From Eremomyces bilateralis CBS 781.70 (lineage: Eukaryota), in assembly GCA_010015585.1 (NCBI GenBank), contig ML975149.1: 64,000 nt of DNA; one strand, 5' to 3'. Below, one piece after another: positions 37,876 to 48,514 of this stretch (position 1 is its first letter; every line of letters starts with the position of its first letter). Under the pieces are notes generated by a model. That model worked only from the letters and a program-made list of their open reading frames with translations. It had not been told where the DNA came from and searched no databases. The position numbers were made by a program, and so were the translations under genes.

Positions 37876-39444
37876 ATGTTGCTTCCGCAACGATACGCTA
37901 AAAGCGTGGCCGCCATCGTGGTCGTCGCCCTCTTTCTCCTGTTTTTAGTCGCTTTCCGCCTACAGTATTCCTGGTCCGATCCCAAGCTCACGCCGCTTCG
38001 ACCTCCAGTCAATTATTACGACACCTCCCGGATCCCGCAGACCATCGACAAGGCCTACGCCGCTCCGATCCCCGCCAACGAATGCTGGCCGGAGCTCGAA
38101 TACCTTCGACAGAAGGATTTGGATTTGGGCACCAACGTGACATGGTCGAGACGATGCATTCAGCCGATGTTTGGAAAATCGGACCGAGACGAGGTCAAGA
38201 AGCTGCCCGGATCGTTGATCACGCAGCAGTCGGTCCTCGACCTCGGGTCGTGTGCACATGAAGATATCCCTCCGTGCGAAGTGCTCCCGCTGAACGTCCC
38301 ACATACCTATCCCGAGAAGCAATATGCACATATCATCTTCGGCGTGGCGTCCAAGTACGAACGGATCCGGGATTCCTTGCCCGCGACAGCGCATTGGTTG
38401 GCTCTTTCCGGGGCGGAGTTGATCGGCGTTGTTGTCGACGTCGACGCGAGCGAGACGGGCAAGTTGCGGGCGCTGGAAAAAGAATACGCGGACTGGGACA
38501 TCAAGGCGAAGTTCACGGCGCCGACTCTGACCGAGTACATTCCCAACAACAACGATGAAGACCGGAGCACCGACCGCGACATCCCCATCGAGCACCATCA
38601 CTTCATGATGATCCGCGATATGATGAAATACACGACCTCTCGAACCCAGTGGCTGGGCATTCTCGACGACGACACCTTCTTCCCCTCTCTCTACCCTATC
38701 GGCGAAGAACTCTCCAAGTACGACCACACCAAACCCTTCTGGCTCGGCGGCCTCTCCGAAGACTTCTTCCACGTGAAGGTCTGGGGTCTCATGGCCTTCG
38801 GCGGCGCCGGCGTCTTCATCTCCATGCCGCTCGCCCGCAAGCTCGACCCCGTCCTCGAAACCTGCATCGCCGACGCCTCCGTCGACACCGGCGACGGCAT
38901 CCTCCGCGACTGCATCTACACCAAGACTAGCACCAAGCTGACCATCATCACCCGCCTCTACCAGCACGACATGCTAGGCGACCTCTCCGGCTTCTTCGAA
39001 AGCGGCATCCAACCCCTCAGCATCCACCACTGGAAATCCTGGTATGACGAACCCGTCATGGCCCAGGCCGCTGTGGCCGGCGTCTGCGGCGACTGCTATC
39101 TGCAGCGCTGGCAGTTTGGCGAGAACACGCTCTTCGCCAACGGGTACAGCATCACCCTCTACCCCGAGGGATTGGAGAACATCGACCTGACCCATTGCGA
39201 GGGCACCTGGGCGTACCCCGCGCACGGGATCAGCGGGCATGAGTACGATTTCAGCTTCGGGCCGCTGCGGCCGAAGTTAGAGGCGGACCAGAAGAAGAGC
39301 TATCGGCTGAAGGACGCGGTGCGCATGGCGAACGGGGTGTTGCGGCAGATTTACGTGTATAAGGGCGATGTGGAGCGGGGGGAGATGGATGAGGTGGTGG
39401 AGCTGTTGTGGGAGCCGGGGAGGGAGGGGACGGCGTCGGGTTGA
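37876..39444 (+). CDS. Glycosyltransferase family 31 (fringe-like/DUF604), type II membrane protein
   Basis: N-terminal TM anchor, IIFGVAS, WLGILDDDTFFPS (DxD), MAFGGAGVFIS, GDGILRDC, PLSIHHWKSW. Confidence 0.88.
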   Translation: MLLPQRYAKSVAAIVVVALFLLFLVAFRLQYSWSDPKLTPLRPPVNYYDTSRIPQTIDKAYAAPIPANECWPELEYLRQKDLDLGTNVTWSRRCIQPMFGKSDRDEVKKLPGSLITQQSVLDLGSCAHEDIPPCEVLPLNVPHTYPEKQYAHIIFGVASKYERIRDSLPATAHWLALSGAELIGVVVDVDASETGKLRALEKEYADWDIKAKFTAPTLTEYIPNNNDEDRSTDRDIPIEHHHFMMIRDMMKYTTSRTQWLGILDDDTFFPSLYPIGEELSKYDHTKPFWLGGLSEDFFHVKVWGLMAFGGAGVFISMPLARKLDPVLETCIADASVDTGDGILRDCIYTKTSTKLTIITRLYQHDMLGDLSGFFESGIQPLSIHHWKSWYDEPVMAQAAVAGVCGDCYLQRWQFGENTLFANGYSITLYPEGLENIDLTHCEGTWAYPAHGISGHEYDFSFGPLRPKLEADQKKSYRLKDAVRMANGVLRQIYVYKGDVERGEMDEVVELLWEPGREGTASG

Positions 39445-40034
39445 GTACCATTACACGATGATGACCGAAGTGCTCCGGCGTCGTTGGAGGTGCCGGTACC
39501 GCCGAGCGAGGCAACGGGCAGTGGATTACGAGTCATGAGGTGCTATGGTACCTCATGATATGTGTGCTGCAGAAAGCAGACCGCGAGAATGACATGAGAC
39601 CAAACGAAAGGAATGCGGTCCTCATCGCACAGCGCCACAAGGAAGTCCCTCATGCGGTGCTCGAACGTGTACTTCGGATGATTCAAAGCGACCCAATATG
39701 ATCCGTTGTGGGTGATGTGCCCTGGAAAATATGAGCGGTGTTTGGGATGAATGTTGGCTCATGGACGGATCATATACACTTACGGGTAGCAAATACACTA
39801 GTGGTCGGGTCAGGAGTTAGGGGTCACGAGGTGGTGTTCCAATGTCGGTGGTTCGGCTGGGATACCACTAAAATGAATAGGTATAATGTCCTCTGGTTTG
39901 ATGCATCGTGTATTACTAGTTGTATCCTAGAATATCAAACCAAAAGTGGCCGAATGAAGCAAAGTTAGTCTATCAAAATGTAAGCCCAAAGGCTTGACTT
40001 TTACCTAGGGACAAGAATCAAATAGGTATATACA

Positions 40035-42218
40035 TCAAATCCTCGAAGCCAACTTCCCCTTCATCCTCTCATATTTCTGAATATCCACCACACTCGTCCG
40101 CACCGTCTCGCATGCATGCTCGAAATCCTGCAACTCCACCACCTCCGCCCCCCTCCGCAGCGCACTCTGCCCAGCACGTCTTAACAAGCTCCCCAGATCC
40201 GCGCCGCTGAAATTCCCGCACCGCCGTCCAATCTCTGCGAACTCCTCGTGGATCGGCGTCTTCTGAATCAGCGCCTTCAGAATATCCACCCGCTCTTGCT
40301 CGCCCGGCAGCCCGACGAACAGCAACGTCTCCAGCCGGCCCGGACGCAGCATCGCCGGATCGATGATATCCGGACGGTTAGTGGCGGCGATGACGTAGAT
40401 GCCCTGGCGGGCGCTGAGGCCGTCGAGCTCGGTGAGGAGGGTGTTGACAACGCGGGCGGAGGAGTCGGAGAGGGCGTCCTCGCGCTTGGGGGAGAGGGCG
40501 TCGAGCTCGTCGAAGAAGATGACGCAGGGGATGGAGGAGCGGGCGCGCTGGAACACCTGGCGCACGGCGCGCTCGGACTCGCCAACGTACTTGTTGAGGA
40601 GCTCGGGGCCCTTGACGCTGATGAAGTTGGCTTTGGACTCGTTGGCGACAGCTTTGGCGAGGAGGGTCTTGCCGCACCCAGGGGGGCCCCAGAGGAGGAT
40701 GCCAGTGGGGGCGAGGATGCCGACTTTGCGGAAGCGTTCGGGGTTTTTGATGGGCTCGACGATGGCGGTTTGGAGCTCGGCGCGGACTTCTTCCAGGGCG
40801 CCGATGTCTTGCCAGGTCGTGTCGGGGATGGTTGCAAATCCTTCTCGTTTCGATGAGGGCTGGATGCCAGGGAGGACCTCCAAGAACGCCCTCATAGAGA
40901 TAGCCGTATCTTCGAATCCAATCGGGCGGGGTTGGTCTTTGTTCTTGACCCGTTCAATCAGTCGCGTGATCGACTTGTCCATGCCAGAGTAGTCTTTCGC
41001 CTGATCAATGTCCATATCCACTTCCGTTTCGGTAGCTTGCCGCTCCAACGCTTCCCGATATTGATCCATCGACCATGTCCCCGCCTTGCCAACCAGGTCT
41101 CGAAGATCCGCGCCAACGAACCCAGGAGTCTTCTTCGCTAAGATAGCAAAATCGACATCCACAGCGACATGGATGTCTCTCGTCTGCGCACGGAGGATGG
41201 ACTCCCGCATAGGCTCGTTCGGAACGCCCATGTTGATCTCCGTATCGAACCTACCCCCACGACGCAGCGCCGGATCCAAACTGTCCGGACGATTCGTTGC
41301 CGCCAGCACGATCACCGGCTTCCCGTCATTCGCCTCCATCGCGAGACTGTCCATGCAAATGAGAATCTGAGCGACGATCCGCTTCTCCATCTGACTCTGC
41401 GCGGTATCGCGCTTGGGAGCGATGACGTCGATCTCATCGATGAATATCAGGCAGGGCGCAAGCCGTCGTGCTTCCTCGAAGTGCTCCCTGATCTGCTTTT
41501 CCGATTCACCGGACATGCCAGAGACCACCGAAGGACCCAGGATTTCGATGAACGGCACGCCGAGTTTTGCAGCAAATGCTCTCGAGATGACGGTCTTTCC
41601 GCACCCCGGTGGACCGTGAAGGAGGATGCCTCTCGGGATCGGAATTTTTCGTTTGGCGTATTCTTCAGGGCAAAGTAGAGGCAGTACCAGGTGGTCTTTT
41701 AACTCTTTCTTGATCGCGTCTACGCCACCGACATCTTCGAGACGTATATGTGTCGGAGGACTGCGATCCACGGGTTCGGGTGCGGGCTTCCGTCGCTTCT
41801 TTACTGGTTGTTCGCCGTCCGCCAATTTGCCTTCCCTCTTCTTGGTGGGTTTCTCTCCGCTGACGCCTGGGGCGGGAGATCCAGTGGTAGGAGGGGTCCA
41901 TGATTGCACGATGGTCTTGTTCATAAGGTTCGACGCCGGCGGGGGCGCTGGGTCTTCTAGATCGCCGTCGAACGAGTCGATATCGTCGTCGCCATTCTCT
42001 TCCGCGAGCACCGCGAGGACTCGCTCGATGCTATCCTCCAAGATGGGTTTGGGCCTCCGTCGTAGGCTCGAGTTGGAGTGTTTGATCCAGTCGTAGACTG
42101 AATAGGATGTGAGTAGCTCGCCTTCGCGTTCATCTTGTAATTTGCGGACTACTTGATAGACCTCGCGGTCGAGTCCTTGCCGGAGGGACGGTCTCGACTT
42201 TGTGTGCTTGCTCGGCAT
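40035..42218 (-). CDS. rix7: Ribosome-biogenesis AAA ATPase Rix7/NVL
   Basis: Two AAA domains (GPPGCGKT twice; IFIDEID and IFFDELD), SVVSGMSGESEKQIR, QMEKRIVAQ, IQPSSKREGFATIPD. Confidence 0.93.
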   Translation of the reverse strand: MPSKHTKSRPSLRQGLDREVYQVVRKLQDEREGELLTSYSVYDWIKHSNSSLRRRPKPILEDSIERVLAVLAEENGDDDIDSFDGDLEDPAPPPASNLMNKTIVQSWTPPTTGSPAPGVSGEKPTKKREGKLADGEQPVKKRRKPAPEPVDRSPPTHIRLEDVGGVDAIKKELKDHLVLPLLCPEEYAKRKIPIPRGILLHGPPGCGKTVISRAFAAKLGVPFIEILGPSVVSGMSGESEKQIREHFEEARRLAPCLIFIDEIDVIAPKRDTAQSQMEKRIVAQILICMDSLAMEANDGKPVIVLAATNRPDSLDPALRRGGRFDTEINMGVPNEPMRESILRAQTRDIHVAVDVDFAILAKKTPGFVGADLRDLVGKAGTWSMDQYREALERQATETEVDMDIDQAKDYSGMDKSITRLIERVKNKDQPRPIGFEDTAISMRAFLEVLPGIQPSSKREGFATIPDTTWQDIGALEEVRAELQTAIVEPIKNPERFRKVGILAPTGILLWGPPGCGKTLLAKAVANESKANFISVKGPELLNKYVGESERAVRQVFQRARSSIPCVIFFDELDALSPKREDALSDSSARVVNTLLTELDGLSARQGIYVIAATNRPDIIDPAMLRPGRLETLLFVGLPGEQERVDILKALIQKTPIHEEFAEIGRRCGNFSGADLGSLLRRAGQSALRRGAEVVELQDFEHACETVRTSVVDIQKYERMKGKLASRI

Positions 42219-42675
42219 TTTCACACGATCCGAACTACAGGTATCGGGGATGCAAAAGAGAGATTAAAGAGAGTTAGGACTCATGTCCTACAGTACCACT
42301 GGTACTTCAACACGATGCGGTGGTCTTCGACTTTGGCGGGAAGTCCTTCACTGTTGAATGTTGAATGTCCAAATCTAAAATTTATCGTCCCCTGCCAGTT
42401 TGGATCGACGCCGGAAACGGAGGGTGGAGGTGCTGGCTTATCGATAAGGGACGTCACAGCACGACACCAGGCCCTCTAGTCAACAGCCGCAAATGCAGGC
42501 TATTAATACATCCCACTTCATTCGAAAATGCAAATACAGTATTGAAAGCTTCGGCTTACTCTGCGGTGAAGTTGCAATTGTTCCCGTACCCGTTGAGCAT
42601 TTACGCCACACAATTCTCGGAGTCCGGCAGTCAACTGGAGTTGAAGCTCATGGAAGGCATCCGCAATCGATCAAT

Positions 42676-43421
42676 ATGGGCAACTCCAGTAGCTCTAATA
42701 AGATATCGGCCCAGGATAAGTGAGCATGTCTGAACCGAGCTCGCCGCAACTCTCTAACGGCGGTGCAGGGCTATTCTTGATATGAAAATCCAGCGCGACA
42801 AGCTACAACAGTACCAAAAGCGGATCGCCGTCATCACCGAGCGCGAACGAGAAATCGCGAAGGAGTGTCTACAGAAGGGTGAGAAAAAACGAGCGCTACT
42901 AGCGCTACGGCGGAAGAAATACCAAGAGTCCTTGTTAGCCAAGACGGACGATCAATTGGCGCAGTTGGAGATCCTCACGAACGACATCGAGTTTGCGCGG
43001 GTTCAGAAAGATGTCTTGTTCGGACTCCAACAGGGCACGGTGGTTTTGAAGGAGATACATAGGGAGATGGGAGGCATACAGCGGGTGGAGAAGCTGTTAG
43101 AAGACACGACGGAGGCTCAGGCAGCTCAAAGAGTTTGTCTCCTTGCAACCTTTTCGCTATTGCCCCGTACGCTAACCCCTTCAATAGGAGATAAGCGAAA
43201 TGCTAGGTGGCAGAATGTCGAACCAGGACGAAGATGAGGTGGAAGATGAGCTAGAAGCCCTCCAGGCGGAAGTGAATGCTCACCAGTTCCCGGATGCGCC
43301 GCGGAAGAATGTGGAGGGGGAGCCAACTCGGAAGGTGCGCGAGACTCCACGAGAAAGAGCACAACGGAGGCGACAGGAGGCAGAAGCAGAGGAGGAGGAG
43401 AGAGAAGCAGTTCCAGCATAA
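42676..43421 (+). CDS. vps20: ESCRT-III subunit Vps20 (CHMP6), 3 exons
   Basis: MGNSSSSNKISAQDK (Gly2 myristoylation) joined to AILDMKIQRDKLQQYQKRI..KKRALLALRRKKYQESLL, then EDEVEDELEAL. Snf7 family. Confidence 0.93.
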
Positions 43422-43851
43422 GACCGTCTGCATTGTTCTTGATTTCAAGCTAAGGAGTAACGTCGGGGGAGTGAGTGTTTTGCATTTCCGAGCGTTTTGG
43501 ATATCTGGTTTTGCGCCTCTTCTATTCCTCACCGACCGGCGGAACCAGTGGCATATGATTATTTGATAATCCGACTATCTAGCTGTATGAGTTATTGGTA
43601 TTAAATCAATGCTTCCTAGGAATAAGTGCCTATCGATGCTCGTAGCAAATGATCCTCCTAACGCACGTGCTTTATATCTCCCCCACCCACGTCATTGGTT
43701 TGCCCCCCTTAGAACTTCGCCAATTCCATCCCCCCAATATAATAGACACAAAGCACGTAACCTCAATCCATGCCTGGATTTCAAAATAGCAGGTCACGAT
43801 TCAAGCCCTCAGCTGTCCCGTCGCATTCAAGAACCTTGAATATCCACTACA

Positions 43852-44567
43852 ATGTCGCATTGCCACGATGAGCACGATCATCACCACCATGACCACGACG
43901 GCCATGATCATTCGGACGACATCACACCAGCACTACAGAACTTACTTCATGGGCAGATAGACTTCAGCGCCGTAAGCACTCTCAACGAGACCGATCCGCG
44001 GTCTGGCGCCGCCATCTTGCAGAAAACATGGGCACAGCGGCTAGAAGACCAGCCGGAGCTTAGAAGCGACGCTGACGAGCAGATTCTAATGCTGGTCCCG
44101 TAGGTTTGGGCGCCGCTTATGCTATAAGATAGTATTAATAGGATCACAGGTTCACCGGGCAAGTCCGATTACATAGCATCATCCTCCGCACCTCCGCATC
44201 CGACTCTGCCCCTCGCACCCTCAAAGTCTTCATCAACCGCGACGACCTCGACTTCTCTACCGCCACTGACCTCCAGCCCACGCAGACCTTCGAGCTCGCG
44301 CAGACCTCGGACATCCAAGAGCATCCCGTGAAGCGGGTGCTCTTTAACTCCACGCGGCAGCTCGGGTTATTTTTCGAAGATAACTTCTCCGGCGGCGACG
44401 AGGATGAGACGGTGATCACCTACCTGGCGTTTAAGGGGGATTTCATGAAGCTGAATAAGGAGCCGGTGAGCTTCCTATACGAGGCGGCGGCGAATCCGTC
44501 GGATCATACGCCGATTGTAGGGACGAAGCAAGGGATGGGGAGTGACATTGGTCGTGGAGGCGCGTAG
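43852..44567 (+). CDS. PITH-domain protein (PITHD1-like), 2 exons
   Basis: His-rich N-terminus, QIDFSAVSTLNE, LRSDADEQILMLVP|FTGQVRLHSI, APRTLKVFINRDDLDF, YEAAANPSDH. Confidence 0.9.
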
Positions 44568-45070
44568 ATGGTGGTCAGCGGGCGGGTTTACGCGTTGGAG
44601 AAGCAAAGCGAGCAAATGATACCCACGCGAAAGCAGATGACGTCTGTCGAGAAGAGCGTTGCATATGACCGGTGTCTGTCTATTTGGATTGGTTGTGTAA
44701 AATAAAGGCTAAGGCTCGGGATAGTGCAGTTCAACGTACCTTACTCCTGAAGAAGCATTTCGCTCTTGTATCGCTCTAGGGCTTAGGAGGCTTCGTCATG
44801 TAAGCTACAATTGCAAGAGTCATAAACTCAAATAGTCACACTAGCCAAGCTGTGCCCGGAGTGATAATCCAAGCATATGAATTAAATTAAATACCCCGCG
44901 TCGAGCTTGACTTTCGGCTTCGATTATCGGGGACGTATTCAACGCATCTAATGATCTAATGTCTATGCTAAAACATTCGGTCCACTTCAAGACTTAGAGA
45001 CATATATCAACCCGATCCCCTCAACTTCGAATTCTTAAGCAGACAGCCGTATCCCCTACGACAATAGAAG

Positions 45071-45835
45071 ATGTTTTACGAACCAGGGAAGACCAGCCAT
45101 GGGCTGAAGCGCGATCCATTCAAGGTTCTCTTGTGATTTGATAAAGATAGAATTGTACTAACTTCCGTAAAAGGCATGCGTTGTCCCTCGCCCGATCGGA
45201 TGGATATCCACGATAAACAACGCCGGACAAGCCAACCTGGCGCCGTACAGCCAGTTCAACAACCTGACCTTCGACCCTCCATATGTCATGTTCTCCGCCA
45301 ACCAGAACCCCGACGGGGTACGCAAGGACTCCGTCGTGAACGTCGAGCAGTCGGGGAGGTTTTGCTGGAACCTGGCGACCTGGGATCTGCGAGAGCAAGT
45401 CAACATCACCGCGGAGCAAGTCCCCTATGGCGTCGACGAGTTCGAGCGCGCGAACCTGACGAAAGAGTGGAGTCGGGTGATCGAGAAGGTGCCAATGGTC
45501 AAAGAAAGCCCGGTCCGGTTCGAATGCACGTATTATTCGACGTTGAAGCTTCCGGGGAACGCGCCGGTGGGGTCGGTGGACGTGGTCATTGGCAAGGTTG
45601 TCGCCATTCATATTGACGATAGCGTGCTCACGGATGGGATTTTGGACATTCGGAAAACGCAGCCGATCGCTCGATGTGGTAAGTGGAGTGGATCGTTCGG
45701 CTTCAAATGTCCATGCTCACTATCGAAGGGTATTATCAATACGCCGTGATCCGGGAGACGTTCGACATGATTATCCCGGGAGACAATTCTCAACTCCTTA
45801 ACGGGTTGGAAGGAAAGTCGTCAAACCAGACTTAG
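45071..45835 (+). CDS. Flavin reductase-like FMN-binding split-barrel protein (DIM6/NtaB family), 3 exons
   Basis: MFYEPGKTSHGLKRDPFK|ACVVPRPIGWIST..ANLAPYSQFN..KDSVVNVEQSGRF..VKESPVRFEC..PIARCG|YYQYAVIRETFDMIIP. Confidence 0.88.
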
Positions 45836-46087
45836 GTTCGATGATCTGCGTCGAAGTGTATGGAGTGTGGATTGTTTGCCGTCACTCGAGCTTGCCAGCG
45901 TGCGAGCAATAGCAATCGAATTTCGTGCTGCGTATGCTTGACTATCTTGATCTCGTCAGAGAGACATGTTCATAGATATCGATTTCGTAGAGGATTTACC
46001 AGGATGGGTAGAATGGCGCCAATCTTATACAGGTCGTTGCGATGCAATCGGATCTTGAACCAATCTCTCTCGCCTATCACTTGGCGC

Positions 46088-46906
46088 TCATTCTCCATCA
46101 GGTTGGGATTGTGACTGGGTCGAGGAGGTCACTTTGTCTAACACCGACATCGACTTCTTCATCCGCTCCACAATATCGCTCATGCTCGCCATCATGTCTC
46201 CATTACACCGTGACTTCGCCTCGTCCCAAATGGTCTCGGTCGGGTCTCTTGTCCCCGCCTCGACTGTTGACTCGCCCAGCCCCGTTCCTTGTATCCGCAG
46301 CATCAGGGCAGTTCCTTGACCCAACGACGATTCCTCTTCCTCAAACGTGGGTGCGTTGGTGATGGATGTCGCTGTCACGGCCCAGTCCGGGCTGAGGCTT
46401 TGTACTTCGTCGATGGTCTGTCCGTCGGGCCCTACATCGACCAAAACATACCGCTCTTTGACACCCGGACGAGGGCGCGGTAATGCTGGTACCCGCGATC
46501 GTACCCGCGCCTTGCCTTTCGAATCGGCTTCCGTATCTGAGGGCGGATAGGGCGGTGGTTCGGTGCCTAGCGATCGCATGGCGGCCGCCACAAGGACATC
46601 GTGGTCGTCGTCCGCGAAGATGTAATGAACGGACGGGTGATGGTACTCGCCGCTAGATTCATCTTCGATGAGAGAAAAGAAAGGGTTGAAGTTGGGGGGA
46701 GGAAGCAGTTGGTCGTCGCTTGGTTCGATGTAGTCGTGCGGCGCGGTGGCGTCCTCGACTTCTGGTTCTTCTGGTTCTTCTGGTTCAGCGTGTGGTTCAT
46801 CATGAGTCTCCTCATTCTCTTCCGCAGGTCGCCCTTCTTGCATCTTGGCTGATCGAGCTTTCGGTGATGAGGCCACCGCGTCGGCGGTGTTCTGCCGTGA
46901 GGCCAT
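46088..46906 (-). CDS. Acidic fungal hypothetical protein; candidate divergent Atg31 homolog
   Basis: Intact 272-aa ORF with blocks FFSLIED..YHHPSVHYIFADDD, ERYVLVDVGPDGQTIDEVQSLSPDWAV, LMLRIQG and a C-terminal amphipathic helix. Confidence 0.75.
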   Translation of the reverse strand: MASRQNTADAVASSPKARSAKMQEGRPAEENEETHDEPHAEPEEPEEPEVEDATAPHDYIEPSDDQLLPPPNFNPFFSLIEDESSGEYHHPSVHYIFADDDHDVLVAAAMRSLGTEPPPYPPSDTEADSKGKARVRSRVPALPRPRPGVKERYVLVDVGPDGQTIDEVQSLSPDWAVTATSITNAPTFEEEESSLGQGTALMLRIQGTGLGESTVEAGTRDPTETIWDEAKSRCNGDMMASMSDIVERMKKSMSVLDKVTSSTQSQSQPDGE

Positions 46907-47795
46907 AGTTCTACATATAGGAATTCGAGGACAGCTCCAGGTCTATGATGGGTTCATATTCTATCGAAGATCTGCCTGCGGCCCACAGGTCAAATGACGC
47001 CGAGGTATTCCACACTACCGTAATGAAATGAAATGAAACAACGAACATGCGATGGAGGATCGAGTTTAAATGGGAGTTATAGAGCTGGAAGGCAACGGAA
47101 AATGTCACCGGTCATCAAGCTCCATGAAGCTCACTTGAACCCATGACTCGCGCAGGACCCTTGTGATTCAAATGTGGTGTGATGTTCGATGGAGTACCAG
47201 GAATTATTTCATACATTTGGCACCAACTTCAGGTTGAACCAAATGTCCAGCACAATGAGTGTATGGATTCTATCTTGTATTGTCAGGGACATGGAATTAA
47301 CAGCGATCATTGAGGTCGAAGCCACAATAGCTGCTTTTCTGTGGGCTCTGATCATCCTAATCAACAGACAAAACCGCAACTCAGGCGTCTGTATTAATAT
47401 TGCCGGGACCAGCCACAAGATTCAGTGTCTGGATATCGCTCTCAAATTGTACCCTAACTGTCTCGCCATTCCTCGTGGAAATCAGGGGAAACCCCTGGTT
47501 CGTAGTCGAGATAACAAGCAATAGACCCCAGAACCCCCCATGGTTGTATGCCAACTGCCCAACCTGTCATGACTTTGTCTCTTGTAGGCGATATGCCAAT
47601 TCATGACCAGGATATCCTGCGAAGCAAGGCTGTCATGATGTGCGGCCAGGTTGACGCGTAGGAAGGCCCGTTAAACAGCCTCGCTGGACACGAGGATCGC
47701 GGAACGGTCCCCTTAGTGACACGTCTCGAGTCCGGCAAGCTGATGAAGCCCCAAATTATGATATACTCTTGTGGTCCATTGATAGCACGCTTCTT

Positions 47796-48221
47796 TCACC
47801 CTTCTTTCGCTTTCCAGACTATAATATTTGTGGTCAGACCCGCACGGCGTAAAGCTGATATGATAGATCACATACCTTGACGACACATAGGACAACGCTC
47901 TTGGGAGGCTTCTTGTTGAACCCAGGCATATATGCAGTGCTTTATAGATAATCAGTCTCAGAGTCTCCTTAAAACAAGGAATCTGATAATGGCCTCACCA
48001 TATGGAAAGAGTGATTACAGTCGCCCATCACTAGATTGACGGTCAGCAGGCACCAAGCATAAAGGTACCGTAGACTCACAAAGAGGACACTGATCTCCGG
48101 GATATTTACACTTAGAGCAGGTGCTATCATAAGGATTCCTGCATATCCCACAGACATCATCTTCAGGCATATCCCATCTCCATGCCGCCACGGCGTTCCA
48201 CCGCTTGATGGTGACCTTCAT
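47796..48221 (-). CDS. apc11: Anaphase-promoting complex RING-H2 subunit Apc11, 4 exons
   Basis: MKVTIKRWNAVAAWRWDMPEDDVCGICRNPYDSTCSKCKYPGDQCPL|LMGDCNHSFHM|HCIYAWVQQEASQERCPMCRQ|VWKAKEG* with canonical GT-AG introns. Confidence 0.95.
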
Positions 48222-48514
48222 AATGAAACAAACGCGTTGATACAAATGTTTTTAATCTTTCGTACGCTTGGAAAACCGGGAATAGGATGGGAAATTGGAG
48301 GAGAAAAAAAGGTTGGCTGTTGATGTTGATGTTGATACCCAAACTTTATCACCACCATCAAAGACATGAGACGACTTGAACGTCAATAAAAACCACCCCT
48401 GTCACATTGTTAGTAAACATCGAATTCCCTCACACTTCATGAAGTTCTTTCTTTCCTTCCATGATAGTATCATGAATTGCAAAATTATTGTTCATTTAAT
48501 CGAATCCTATCCTA

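Noticed and set aside
45071..45835. Flavin reductase-like gene as part of the aromatic cluster
   Set aside because: Separated from the cluster by apc11 and another gene, and no partner monooxygenase is present in the window.
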